Position numbers and translations under genes: made by a program
Source of the DNA: Octopus sinensis
Taxonomy: Eukaryota
DNA length: 64,000 nucleotides
NCBI RefSeq assembly: GCF_006345805.1
Contig: NW_021833069.1
Coordinates: 1-64,000, forward strand
Reading direction: 5' to 3'
Shown here: positions 51,170 through 62,638 of the stretch, piece after piece
Layout of the letters: each line of letters begins with the position of its first letter
Position numbering within the stretch: the stretch's first letter is position 1
Notes under the pieces: generated by a model
Told to the model about the DNA's origin: nothing
What the model saw: only the letters and a program-made list of their open reading frames with translations
The model's database searches: none

Positions 51170-52110
51170 GTATTATTGCTCGAACTATGTTTGGTCATAA
51201 ATATGAACAAAAAATAATGAAGATACCTTTGTCAGATAACACTGTTTCTCGTCGGATTTGTGCTTTGTCGGAAAATATTGAAAAAAGTGTCTCATTTTCT
51301 ATTAAAGAAACTCGATTTTCATTACAACTTGACGAAGCCACTGATATTTCGGGAATGGCACATTTGTTGGCATATATACGATTTGTTTATTCTGGGAAAA
51401 TTACAGAACAATTCTTGTTTTGCAAGCCTCTTTTAACTACTACTCGAGCAATTGATATGTTCACGATATTAAACGATTATTTCAATATCAATAATATTTC
51501 ATTTGCCAATTGTATTGGTATATGTACAGATGGAGCCCCGTACATGTCTGGTCGTATTAATGGACTTGTTTCATTAGTTGAATCTAAAAATAATAAGATA
51601 ATATCATCACATTGTTTTTTGCATCGAGAAGTATTGGTTGTAAAAACATTACCTATGAATTTAAAATCTGTCTTGGATGATATTATCCGAATGATTAATG
51701 ATATAAAAAGTCGACCCAAAAAATCTCGCATTTTTACTACTATTTGTGATGAAATGGGGTCAAACTTTACAAATTTGTTACTTCATACCGAAATTCGATG
51801 GCTATCAAGGGGTAAAGCATCAACGAGGGTTTTTGAAGTAAAGGACGAAATGTATGAGTTTTTTAAATTGGAGGGACATTCTGAATTTGTTGAAAAAATT
51901 CAGAATCCAATTTGGTCTTTAAAACTTGCGTATTTATCTGACATTTTACAAATATTAAACGAGGTTAATGCAAGTATGCAAGGACGTTCTGAGACTATTT
52001 TATCGTCGACGGACAAATTAAATTCTTTGAAAATGAAAATCAGTTTTTGGAGAAAAAGGGTTTTAGATGGCGATTATAGTATGTTTCCTAATACAAATGG
52101 TTAGTTATAT
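51170..52110 (+). mobile_element. hAT (ZBED5/Buster-like) transposase central fragment
   Basis: ORF 51187-52104: PLSDNTVSRRI, LQLDEATD, CTDGAPYM, HCFLHRE and TEIRWLSRGK. Confidence 0.9.
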
Positions 52111-52639
52111 ATTTTAATTATGTGTGGTGCTGTTCATGTCCGCTTTTCTCGATAAGAAGAAAATGAATCCCATGGGCCCTCCTGCAGAAGTAAATTATAA
52201 AAAAGATATGGTGGATGCAGGAACGATGTCTCTGGGGCTGGATAATGCCACAAGAGCTAGTATAAACAATAACCCTACGTTTGGAAGTCGTGTTGCCAAT
52301 ACTAACTTTCACACTCTTTCTGCCATTATTGAGGATGTCAATTGTGTCTCTAAGAATGAATAGGTGTCACAGGCTGTTCATGCCACCAAACAAAGACTGG
52401 GGAGAATACCCAGAGGTGGCTGGAGTTTTATCCTTGAAAAGTTCAACGTGAAATTTTCTGAGAGTACGAGTCTAACCAGATTGAAATCAAATCAAATCAA
52501 AATTTATTCCAAAGACCACCGTTAACCAAAAAAAACTAACTAGGTGATCCCGACGAATTTGATCATTGCTCTCAGCTTCGCTCTGTGCTGCTCTCTTAAG
52601 CCCACACAAGATCGTTGAGGGCGGGTCGTTCCTTTATAC

Positions 52640-54635
52640 CAGGGGTCGGCAAATCGCGGCCCGCGGGCCAAATTAGGCCCAGGAAGATTTAAAAATGGCC
52701 CGCGAACAAATTTTATAATACTAAGGGAAATTGGCCCGCCGACAAATTTTTCCAACTAACATGGCCCGCGGGCAAATTTAGTAAAGTACTAGACTTTTAG
52801 TAATATAGATTTATACATACGTTTTATCTATTATTAAAAATTAAATAAATTTATAAACGTGTTAATAATTTTGTGTGGTGAATTTGAATGCCGAATTGTT
52901 CGAAAAGAACTAAAGATCTTCAAACCCGTACGTTTAATCCAGATTGGACTCATGAATATTTCTTTATTGAGGATTATGGAAAACCTATATGCTTAATATG
53001 TTTCGAAAAAGTTGCTGTCAAAAAACTTTATAACATCAAGCGACATTATGAAACTCGACATTACGAAAAATTCAGCAAGTTTACAGGAGAATCTCGCTTA
53101 AAGGAAATTAAGAGACTCGAACAAAATTACCAAAAGCAAACAACATTTTGTATAATTTGAGTTGTGAAAAAGATGATATCACACGTACAAGTTACGAAAT
53201 TTCAAAGATAATTGCGAAACGAATGAAACCATTTTCAGACGGAGAATTTATAAAAGAATGCTTAATGGCAGTAGCTGAAAATCTATTTCCTACAAAAAGA
53301 AACATTTTTGAATCTATCTGTTTATCTCCAAGAACGGTAACAAGAAGAGTAGAAGAAATGTCATTCGATTTAAATAACTCTTTAAAAAACATTTTTGGGA
53401 ATTTCAAATATTTTTCTATCGCATTGGATACTAGTACTGACAGAAGAGATACTTCTCAGCTTGTCATATTTGTTCGAGGGATAACTGAAACATACCAAAT
53501 TTTTGAAGAATTTGTCAAAGTTATTCCAATTATGGGTACAGTGACAGGAACCGACGTTTTCTTGCATTTAATGGAACTTTTAACAGAATTAAATCTTCCA
53601 CTTGCAAAATTAGTTGGAATTACAACAGACGGGGCTCCATCTATGGTTGGGAACAAAAAGGGAACTATTACATTACTCCAAAATGAAATGGAAAAATTTG
53701 GAATCGAGCACAATTTGGTTAAGATTCACTGTATTGTTCATCAAGAGGCGTTAGTTGCCAAATCAGTCAGGTTACGTGAGACAATGGATGCTGTTGTTAA
53801 TGCAGTAAATTTTATTTTATCCCGCGGCTTGAATCATCGGCAGTTCAGGCAATTTTTAATCGACACTGAAGCAGAATATGGGGATCTTTTATATTTTTGT
53901 AATGTCAGATGGCTTAGTAGAGGATCAATGCTCAAAAGGTTTTTTCATATACGGGAAGATGTTATAATTTTTCTTGAAGAAAAGAATTATGATGCTTCAT
54001 ATTTCCGAAATACTGATAATATTTCCAAATTGGCATTTTTTGTAGACATAACTTCACATCTAAATGACTTAAATTTGAAACTGCAGGGAAGTAATAAATT
54101 TATACACCAAATGTATGCCGAAATCACTGCTTTTGAAAATAAATTGAAGTTGTGGGAATTACAGTTACAAAAAGGAAACATGACGCATTTTGTGAATTTT
54201 CTTTCTACGAATCCGACTGATGTTCCGGAATATGCAAACATAGTTATGGAATTGAGATCAGAATTTTCATCACTTTTTATGGATTTAAGAGTAAAATGCG
54301 CATATATAATTTTTTAGGCTCATAAAAATCTTTTCAACATTTTTTCAATCCCATTTGATGTTGAAACTGAGACAGTACCAGGGTGTTATCAAATGGAATT
54401 ACTTGAAATTCAATGCGTCAGTACACTTAAATCAAAATATTTTTCTGAAATGGATATTTTGTGCTTCTACAAAAATTTTGTATGTGTCAGAAAATATCCG
54501 CAATTAACCGACAATGCTATGAAAATGGCTTGTATATTTGGAAGCACATTTTTATGTGAACAGTTATTCTCTAAAATGAATAATGTAAAAAATTGTCTGA
54601 GAACGAGGATTACCGATTCACATCTTAACGATATA
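52640..54635 (+). mobile_element. SPIN/GTF2IRD2-like hAT transposon, left end intact, right end lost
   Basis: Left TIR CAGGGGTCGGCAAA after the flank CTTTATAC. Has a zinc finger (CLIC..RHYETRH), TTDGAPSM, HCIVHQE, VRWLSRG and FGSTFLCEQLFS. One frameshift near 53155 and a 27-nt intron at 54291-54317. Confidence 0.9.
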
Positions 54636-56137
54636 CAGTCAAACCCCGTTTACTCGCCAAATTTGGGACCAAGCCAAAAATGGCGAGTAACTGAATTTGG
54701 CGAGTAACTGAATAATCAATATCAAATTTTAATCAAATTTTATATTCACAAAATTAAAAATAATTAAATTAAATAATAAAAAAATCATTATTTCGAAAAT
54801 AAAGAGTCAAATTACGAATTTAGACTAAAATGATCGTTCAATGTTGTTTTTTTAGTAAACATCGTATCTTCGATTAATTGATTGATCATTTGAATTGCGT
54901 TAATATTAAAAGTATCGTCTTGAGTATAGTACTTTTTTTATATTATGCAACATTTTAAACGCATCTTCATGATTTATTTCATTTGCAGGTGTTTTCTCTT
55001 CAAAAATACCACGTGGTTGTTTCTCATTTACGTCATCATCGTTTTCGAGGGATTCTTCCACTTCGTCTATTTCAGTGTACGTGTAATCAAGAAAATCTGA
55101 TTGTTCCATTGGATCCAAAATATTCAATTGCTTTATTGTGTCCTCATATTTCTCAATCGTATAGTTAGAAGATTGAATTTGCTCTTCACATGGAATCCAC
55201 TTAGCATGCCTGAAACAATTTTTGATAGTTTCTTCGGTGACTTCATTCCAACCAAAATAGGTAAATAAAACTCCATCTTTAAGTGTTAAATTTTTGTATG
55301 ATTAATGAATGCCATATCCGCATTCAATTTTCTGAAGAATTTCATTAAATTTGAACTTATTGAATTTAGTTTTAAAGGAACGAATTATTCCTTGATCCAT
55401 CGGCTGCAATATTGTTGAGGTGTTCGGAGGAAGAAAAAGAATTTCAATAAATTTTAATTCGATTAATATTTTATGTGATGGGCATTGGTCAATAATTAAA
55501 AGAATTTTTCTTTTTTTCTTTTTTAATTCAATATCCCAATGATAAAGCCATTCATTAAAAATTTGTTTGAGTCATCCATGCATTTGAGGAATGACAGTAT
55601 TTTAAATATTTCTCAATTTTAATGTTTTTAAAACATCTTGGTTTCTGATATTTTTCAATCATTAATGGAATTTTCTTATCTGACCCCGCCATATTTGTAC
55701 ACAGAAATAGCGAAAATCTACTAATGATTAATAAAGTTTCAACCGATCTTTAAGCATTTTATTTCCAGGTCGAATTTTTGAGCAAATGCTTTTTGAAGGA
55801 ACATTTTTATAAAAAACACCAGTTTCGTCACCATTGTAAACATTTTCACGATCATATTGTTGTAATTTCGTAGATAAAATTATTTGAAATTTTTCAATTT
55901 GCTCATTTAGATTTTCAGTTATTGAGCCAGATTCTCCATGGAATAATCTTAATTTTAAATTGTTTCTCTTTTTGAATCTGGAAAGTCATCCATTGCTTCC
56001 CATAAAATCAGTTATTTCATGTAATCTTGCAATACTTTTTGCTTTTAATAAAATTGAAAATTTGATTTTTCGTTAAAAAAGTGGCGACTAACTGAGGTGG
56101 CGAGTAAGTGGGGTGGCGACTAACCGGGGTTTGACTG
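54636..56137 (-). mobile_element. pogo/Tigger-like element, TA-flanked, decayed DDE transposase
   Basis: TIRs CAGTCAAACCCC / GGGGTTTGACTG with TA on both sides. NGDETG, LIIDQCPSH and LQPMDQG remnants. Confidence 0.9.
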
Positions 56138-57448
56138 TATCTAATTCCTAAAAAGAACGAACGTGAGACCCCGAAAGATTTACGGCCTATAACATGCATG
56201 TCGACACTTTATAAGTTAGTTACCAAGTGTGTTAATGGAAAACTGTCTGAGTTCATGGATGTATTTGGCTTAATTTCAGACAATCAACTTGGTACGAGGA
56301 GACGGTGTCAGGGTGCTAAAGAACAGGCCCTTATTAACCAATGCCTAAATAAAGAGTATGGAAATGGGCTATACTCTGCATGGATTGATGTCAAGAAGGC
56401 TTTCGATTCTGTTGACCACGACTTTTTATTTCATGTGTTGGAGTGTCCTGGGATACCTGTATGGATTGTTAACTTTGTTAAAAGGACTGTACGAATGTGG
56501 ACTGTAAAGCTCCATGTTGACGGAAGGAGAATTGGTTCTGTAAAGTTGACCCGAGGGATTTTACAAGGAGACTCGTTATCTCCGCAACTGTTTGTTATGG
56601 TGATGGACCCACTAAGCAGGATTCTTAATGCCATGTTTCCAAAGGTTCAGATTAATCAACAGGACCCAAATATGTTGACCTATTCTACTAATCATTTGTT
56701 CTTCATTGACGACCTAAAGATATTCGCTCTTAAAGAAGATGTAGTAATTAAAATGATGGAAGCTGTTGATGGATTCTTTAAAACTGTTGGCTTGGAGATG
56801 AATTCAGAAAAGTCAGCATCAAATGTCAAATCTTTATCTTGTTGTGAGATTTTGGAAGGAGTCAAAGGATATCGCTACTTGGGTGTACTTGAAGATGCAG
56901 GAAGTAATGTTCTTAAGAGTAAAGTAATGGATTCTATCCTTGGAAATGTAAAGGAAAGGATAACCATGCTTTCAAAGACGAAATTAAATGCGGTAAATTT
57001 ATTCCACGCTATAAATGAATATGCCATTTCTCTATATAATTATTACATCGGACTTATTAATATTGAACCTCATGAATTTGATTGTATTGACCGTCAAATA
57101 CGACAACTTCTTACGACTCTCAGACTCCATCTCAAACCTGCAAATAAAGAGAGGTTATATTTAAATTGGAAATCTCTTGGGAGAGGACTTGCTTCAGTCT
57201 CTTTCAGAAGTGAACTGATACTTTTCCAGTTCATGAAAAGTTTAGAAAGACAGTCGACAGTATGCTTACGGAGATCGGGAATCCTGCGTGTGATACAAAC
57301 AAATAAATGGCATATGGCCACAATTGCAGGACTTCTCGCCTCCAAGTATGCAATTCTCGACATAGAGAATTTGGGTGTTGAGTTTATCAAAGATGCTCAA
57401 AGAAAATATTTGCTTAAGAACATCAATTTTGCAGACGAAATTTTGTAG
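56138..57448 (+). mobile_element. R4/Dong- or NeSL-like non-LTR reverse transcriptase; open frame, truncated at both ends
   Basis: YLIPK..RPITCMSTLYKL, WIDVKKAFDSV, GILQGDSLSP, HLFFIDDLK, YRYLG and ERLYL..GRGL. Confidence 0.9.
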
Positions 57449-57554
57449 ACCCGAAGACCAATGCACATACCCAGACTGTTGAGAGGTTTTTTACGACTTT
57501 TCACGATCGATCGCCTTGCAAGATGAATTTATTGGTATTTTTTATCATATTATT

Positions 57555-58866
57555 TGTCACCGGCTGGATAATGCCCCCTCAACGTTATTTTAAAAAAATA
57601 AATATTTTTTCAAATTAATTTTGATTAGATTTATTGATTTTCTTAATTATTTTAGTAATTTATGATAGTTTTTTTTCAAATTAATCTACCGTGCAAATTT
57701 ATTTTGGTTATCTAAGTTTTCCAATTAAAATATATATTTCAAATCAAAAGAGAAATAGTCATTGGCAGATAGCCAGAGTATTGCCTCTGACTATGGCTAT
57801 AGATATTCTTTCGATTAAATACCGGTGCTCACACGGGTCGCCGGTAACCCTTTCGATTAATGAGGCAATGCGCTGGAGTAGGGTCCGAGTAGAAGGCCCC
57901 TGTATTCCTGACGTCTCAACAGCCAGGGGGAAAAACACTCTCCCGTTCCCAATTCCAGCGTATTTCTCAGCTTTTCTCTTCTCAGCCCGTTCAGACGGGG
58001 CTCCAGGATTCTGGATGCATAATTTGGTAAAACTTGCCAGGCGGAAATCAGCGGAGGAAATTACTAGAAAATTAAAGAATATTTTTTACATGATTGGTCC
58101 CCATTTATTCTACAGACGGATAATGGGAAAGAATTTAATTTGTAAATTTATCTTTAGATTCAATCAATCGATCAAAAGGTGGGTTAGCTCAACTAGTGCC
58201 TCAAATGGGTCTTTTGGAAGCTATAAAGACTTCTTTCAAGAAATCGTTTATAAATATAACATGGCGAAGCATGACACGACCAAGAGGACACCTTTCGAAA
58301 TTTTTATGGAAGGAAATCATTTAATCCCGGAGAAAATAAGTTCGGCGTTATTGTCATTCGATGGAAATGAAGCGGTTGAATCAAGTCAATCGGAGATAAT
58401 TGGATCTGATTATTTCGAAAACGAGGACGATTGTTTGAATCAACGAAGTGTGTATGAAAGCCATGTTTTCGCCGGAGAAAAAATGAAAAGGAGGCGGAAA
58501 TAGAAATTTAATGAAGATTTAGCCGTAGGATATAATGTCCTACTGAGACATGATATTGATGCAAATCCAAATAATTTTTTATATAATAAAAATTCATGAA
58601 TTTTTAATATTTGTTTTTAAATGATAGACCTAAAAAATTGTATAATTATAATAAAAAACGTTATTGATTCGGGAAAATTGGTGATGCCGGTTTTTGCCGA
58701 CTCTTGGAAAAATTCATTCAATCAAAAAATTGATAAAAAATTGAATAAATCGACTTAATTTCATTATCAAGTTATTTTTAATTAATTATCAGGTTATTTT
58801 CGTTTGATTTTAATAAAATTTTTAAGGGGGTATTATCCAACCCTGGGCATTATCCAGCCTGTGACA
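57555..58866 (+). mobile_element. Ginger-like element, 22-bp TIR, 5-bp TSD TTATT
   Basis: TGTCAC(C/A)GGCTGGATAATGCCC at both ends. Integrase remnants KSAEEI and RFNQSIKRW..YN..HDTTKRTPFEIF. Confidence 0.85.
57690..58018 (-). mobile_element. CRE 3' fragment inserted antisense in the Ginger element
   Basis: The minus strand reads AERAEKRKAEKY..FFPLAVETSG..RISIAIVRGN. Confidence 0.75.
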
Positions 58867-59152
58867 TTATTTTTTATAGAAATTAAATATAATTATTCTT
58901 ACAAGATTTTGTTTGAAAGCCAGGATTTGTCTACCTTTTGGCAAAAAAAGCAATTTAAAGACAAATTTCCAAAGATTTGGGAACAAATAATTAAAATTTT
59001 ATTATGTTTTCCAACAACATATCTTGTGGAATCAGGATTCAGCGTAATAAACAGAATATTGAGCGATGAACGTAACAAGCTTGATATTTGCTCGCGAGGA
59101 GATGTCAGATTATTTTTAACACGCTTGGACCCTGATATTCATGAACTAATTA

Positions 59153-60696
59153 TGTCACGAGCCTAGGATGTTACCGAGCCTAGGTCGTTACACTTATGGA
59201 CTTGGAAAAAAATTCAAAAAAATATTTGAATTCAATTTCAAAATCGACTTTGTCAAAATAAATATTATAAAATGACAAATACTTAACGAACGAACAGATT
59301 TTATTGACTTAGCAACCGAAAGAGAAGAGTTATATGAAAAGGTTTTATTAAAATCGAGACACCGAAAGCCTCCTCCTTGCTTTCCTTTTCACTTCTCATG
59401 CCCTTTGCAATGAGCAGAGGACTTGCCGAATGTTTTGAGTTTGTTCATCTAGCTCTCTGGGGAGATCCTGATCAAGCCGTAGCTTATACGCCAGTTTAAT
59501 CGCAAGCGCCTTGTTTTCTCCAGTTTGGTGATTATGCGATTTCTCTCGTCTGTAGGGTACCACCTTCATGTCCATAGATAAGGACTGGTTCTACAGTCGC
59601 CTTATAGATGAAGAGAAAGGTGTCTGGGGAGAGATGGAAGCGTATAAGGCTTCTCAGGATCCCGGAACATTTCCTTCTTCTAGATTCCACGAACTTAAGG
59701 AACGATCCGTCAGCCCCGATCGTTACCCCAAGGTAGCGTAGGTCGTCAGAGATTCTTAGTCCCATTGTCTCCAGAAGTGGTTCTCTTCCTTTCCGAGTTT
59801 TAGAAACCCACGTGATGGTGGACTTGTCTCGTGCTAAGGAGAGGGCTTTCTCCGTAGCCCAAGACTCAACCCTCGCTATATATTCCCTCAGCCTTTTCCA
59901 AGACAAATACTTAAAATGGAATTGGATGCCAATATTTTCGATGATAAAATTTAAAATTAATGCCAACTAGTCTGTGCTTTAAAATCGATTTCCTAACTAA
60001 AAATAATATTTTAATTTATGAATTGCTATTTTGTTCAAATAAGAAAAATTCAAAATGCTTCAAATAAAAAAATACGCAGAAAATGTTATTTTATTCGAAA
60101 ATTTTGTCTATTTGAATGTTCGGCTATAAATGTTTCTCTGCTAATTAGGATTTAAATTTTTTTTTAACAAAACAATCAAGACAAATTATGTTATTTAAAT
60201 TTTTTAATTCTTTTCATAAGCGTCTTCTTAGTAGTTCCATCGTCCATTTCAACTCTGACCATATTATGCGGGAGGATTTCACTTATTGTACAAACTTCTC
60301 CGTATGGACTTTCGAATTTCTTGAGTGCAAGTGAAGGATTGGTACCATAGTCCTTTTGAATCCTTATCTACAATTTAGAATAATTTGAGTTTACCTTATC
60401 TCCAATTTTAAATGAATGTTTTGACTGATGAACACCCATGAACACGCAATCGATACCCATCCATATCTCTTACAAAAGAACGCGACATAAGTAACACAGA
60501 AGAAACACGCCTTTATATATATATTACAATTACAGATGTATGGTTATCCGGATATTTTTGTTTCAATATTTAATAGATTAATTTTAAATATTAAGAATAA
60601 TTTTATTAGGATTAGGGATAAATTAATTTTTAATCTTTATAGAAAAATAAGCGAAATGTCACGACCTAGGCTCGGTAACAACCTAGGCTCGTGACA
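59153..60696 (-). mobile_element. Ginger-like element, TIR of about 39 bp, 5-bp TSD AATTA
   Basis: TGTCACGAGCCTAGG(A/T)TGTTACCGAGCCTAGGTCG at both ends. AATTA lies at 59148-59152 and 60697-60701. The integrase tail contains a 27-nt intron (60394-60368). Confidence 0.88.
59330..59970 (-). mobile_element. CR1/Jockey-type LINE 3' fragment nested in the Ginger element
   Basis: LRYLGVTI and IYKATVEPVLIYG. Confidence 0.7.
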
Positions 60697-61674
60697 AATT
60701 AAAATGCATGAAAACCAAAGCTCTCATTAAATAGTTTAAAAAAGATTTTAAGTCAATAAAATTAATTAAAAAATTAAATAAGTCTTTGTTTCTTTGGTAC
60801 CGAAATAACTTGGTTTGGTACACTGACGTTTTTTTTGGTACGCCAAAAAAAAAGGTTGAGAATCACTGATTTGAAGTCAGTTAAGTTGAAAAACTTCATA
60901 AATAGTCTTCTCCCACGCTCGTCCCATCAGGTACCTTATTTTAATTAGTCAGATGGTCTGCTTTGGGGGCAGTTTATTGGGAAGAATTATCCAAGTCCTC
61001 GATCAGCATTGGGTCTTTGTTCTATTGGTTTTGGTCGTGTTGCTGTTTTTGGCGGTTCGGGGAGCGAGGTGAGTAACAATCCGCAATCAACATCTATGAC
61101 GCCGTCATATAATCAAATTGATTATATTTTGTGTAAGCAGTCATAGAAGAGATTATTATTTGACTCCCGTTTGTATGGAGGAGCTTTGGCAAATAGAAAT
61201 CATAAGATGTTAGCAGATTAAATGCAAATCATGCACATGCTAGAAAAACGAAAAACATTAGGGACAAGGAACTAATAAATAATCCTGCAATCATCACGAA
61301 ATACTAGCAGCATTTGTATCATTATCTTTCTGATATTCCCATGGATGGCTTACCTCACATAATGTGAAAAAAACTCCGGACGCTATACTAATGGCTACCA
61401 AAAAAACTGTTGGGATTCACGAAACTACTATAAAAGGAAAAAATAAAGGAGCATATAACTCGATAGTCAATAAATTGTCTATACGTCAACGAGATTTAAG
61501 ACTCCAAATTGAAATTTGTGATCTTAACAAAAATACAAATTAAGAAAACTGCGGAACAAAATCAAACACGAAATAAAAAGGAACTAACCAAATAACACTT
61601 TGAAATAATTTTTTTACAAAAATCTTTTTAGCTATTTAAAATGTTATTTTTATACACTTGTACTTACGTGGATC

Positions 61675-62638
61675 ATGATTCTAACTAACTCTTGCAGCAT
61701 TCATTTTTTACAAGAAATAAAAACATTTTACTGTTCAATGAGCAAAAAGGGGATAGAATTGAATCCATTTTATTCTAAATATGCCGAAAAGATTAAAAAG
61801 TATAAGCATTCGTATAAATTCCAGTATATCTAAAAAAGTGGTTCAACCACAAGAAACACTCCTGGACACACCGGGATGTAAACCCCGACAAAAACTAGTG
61901 ATTTGATTGATTACAAAAATTTAGAAATTAAGTGACATCATGAAAACCGAAATGATTGAGGACAAGAACGCTCGAGAAATAGTGAAGGAAAGCTTTTGGT
62001 GTTAATAAATAGATTTGGGAAGAGTACCACGCAAAGAGACAGTGCTCCCTCTACTCTACGATTCCTGTTTGCATTCCCTACTTTATAAACTAAGTCTTCG
62101 GTGTTCGAACTTATTCAAGAGCGTGCCACGCTGTGTCCTCATGTGTGTTTTAAATTTTATTAAAAATATTGATTAACTGAATTAATATTTTTAATTAATA
62201 AATTCTATAGTTCGTGCTACCTGTGGCTCGATTGAATGGGTACGAGTTCTTTTACCTCAACTACTACGACAATTCAGTCATCTTCTATCCATTAGAGGCT
62301 TACCGAGTACATTTATGAGCTTATATTTATAGAAACAAGGAAAAGATGTTCCCCCAGCCCTTGCAGTGCACTATTTTACTGAATTGGCCCAATCAAAGTC
62401 GCTCGTTCTTATGCAGGGGCACTATTCCACGGCCTGTCTGGTATTTTTCGATTACTCACTTTGGAGTGCTGAGCAGGCTTGCATGCTGGCCAATCAGTTC
62501 AAAATGTACTACGGTGCTTATAGTGGGGACAGAATTGGGCTACTTAGGGTTTTTAATTACTCTCCACATTTGTTTTCTGTTACTGATTTGATTAAGGAAC
62601 TACAAATAGAAGCTACAAGAGTTGTTGATAATAAATAA
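61675..62638 (+). CDS. ATPAF1: ATP synthase mitochondrial F1 complex assembly factor 1 (ATP11), complete
   Basis: Spliced frame: NPFYSKYAEKI..LSDIMKTEMIEDK..IWEEYH..IP..FELIQERATLCPHFVLPVARLNGYEFF..HYFTELA..LVLM..LANQFKMYY. The start codon is tentative. Confidence 0.88.

Larger units (their letters stand above)
57480..60868 (+). mobile_element. 3' end of a hAT element interrupted by two Ginger-like insertions
   Basis: Removing the inserts gives LQDEFI|EIKYNYSYKILFESQDLSTFW..FPTTYLVESGFS..HELI|KMHENQSSH-stop. Right TIR GTTGAGAATCACTG ends at 60868. Confidence 0.8.

Noticed and set aside
57691-58503. 270-aa ORF as a novel gene
   Set aside because: It is a chimera: the antisense of a CRE fragment read through into Ginger integrase remnants.
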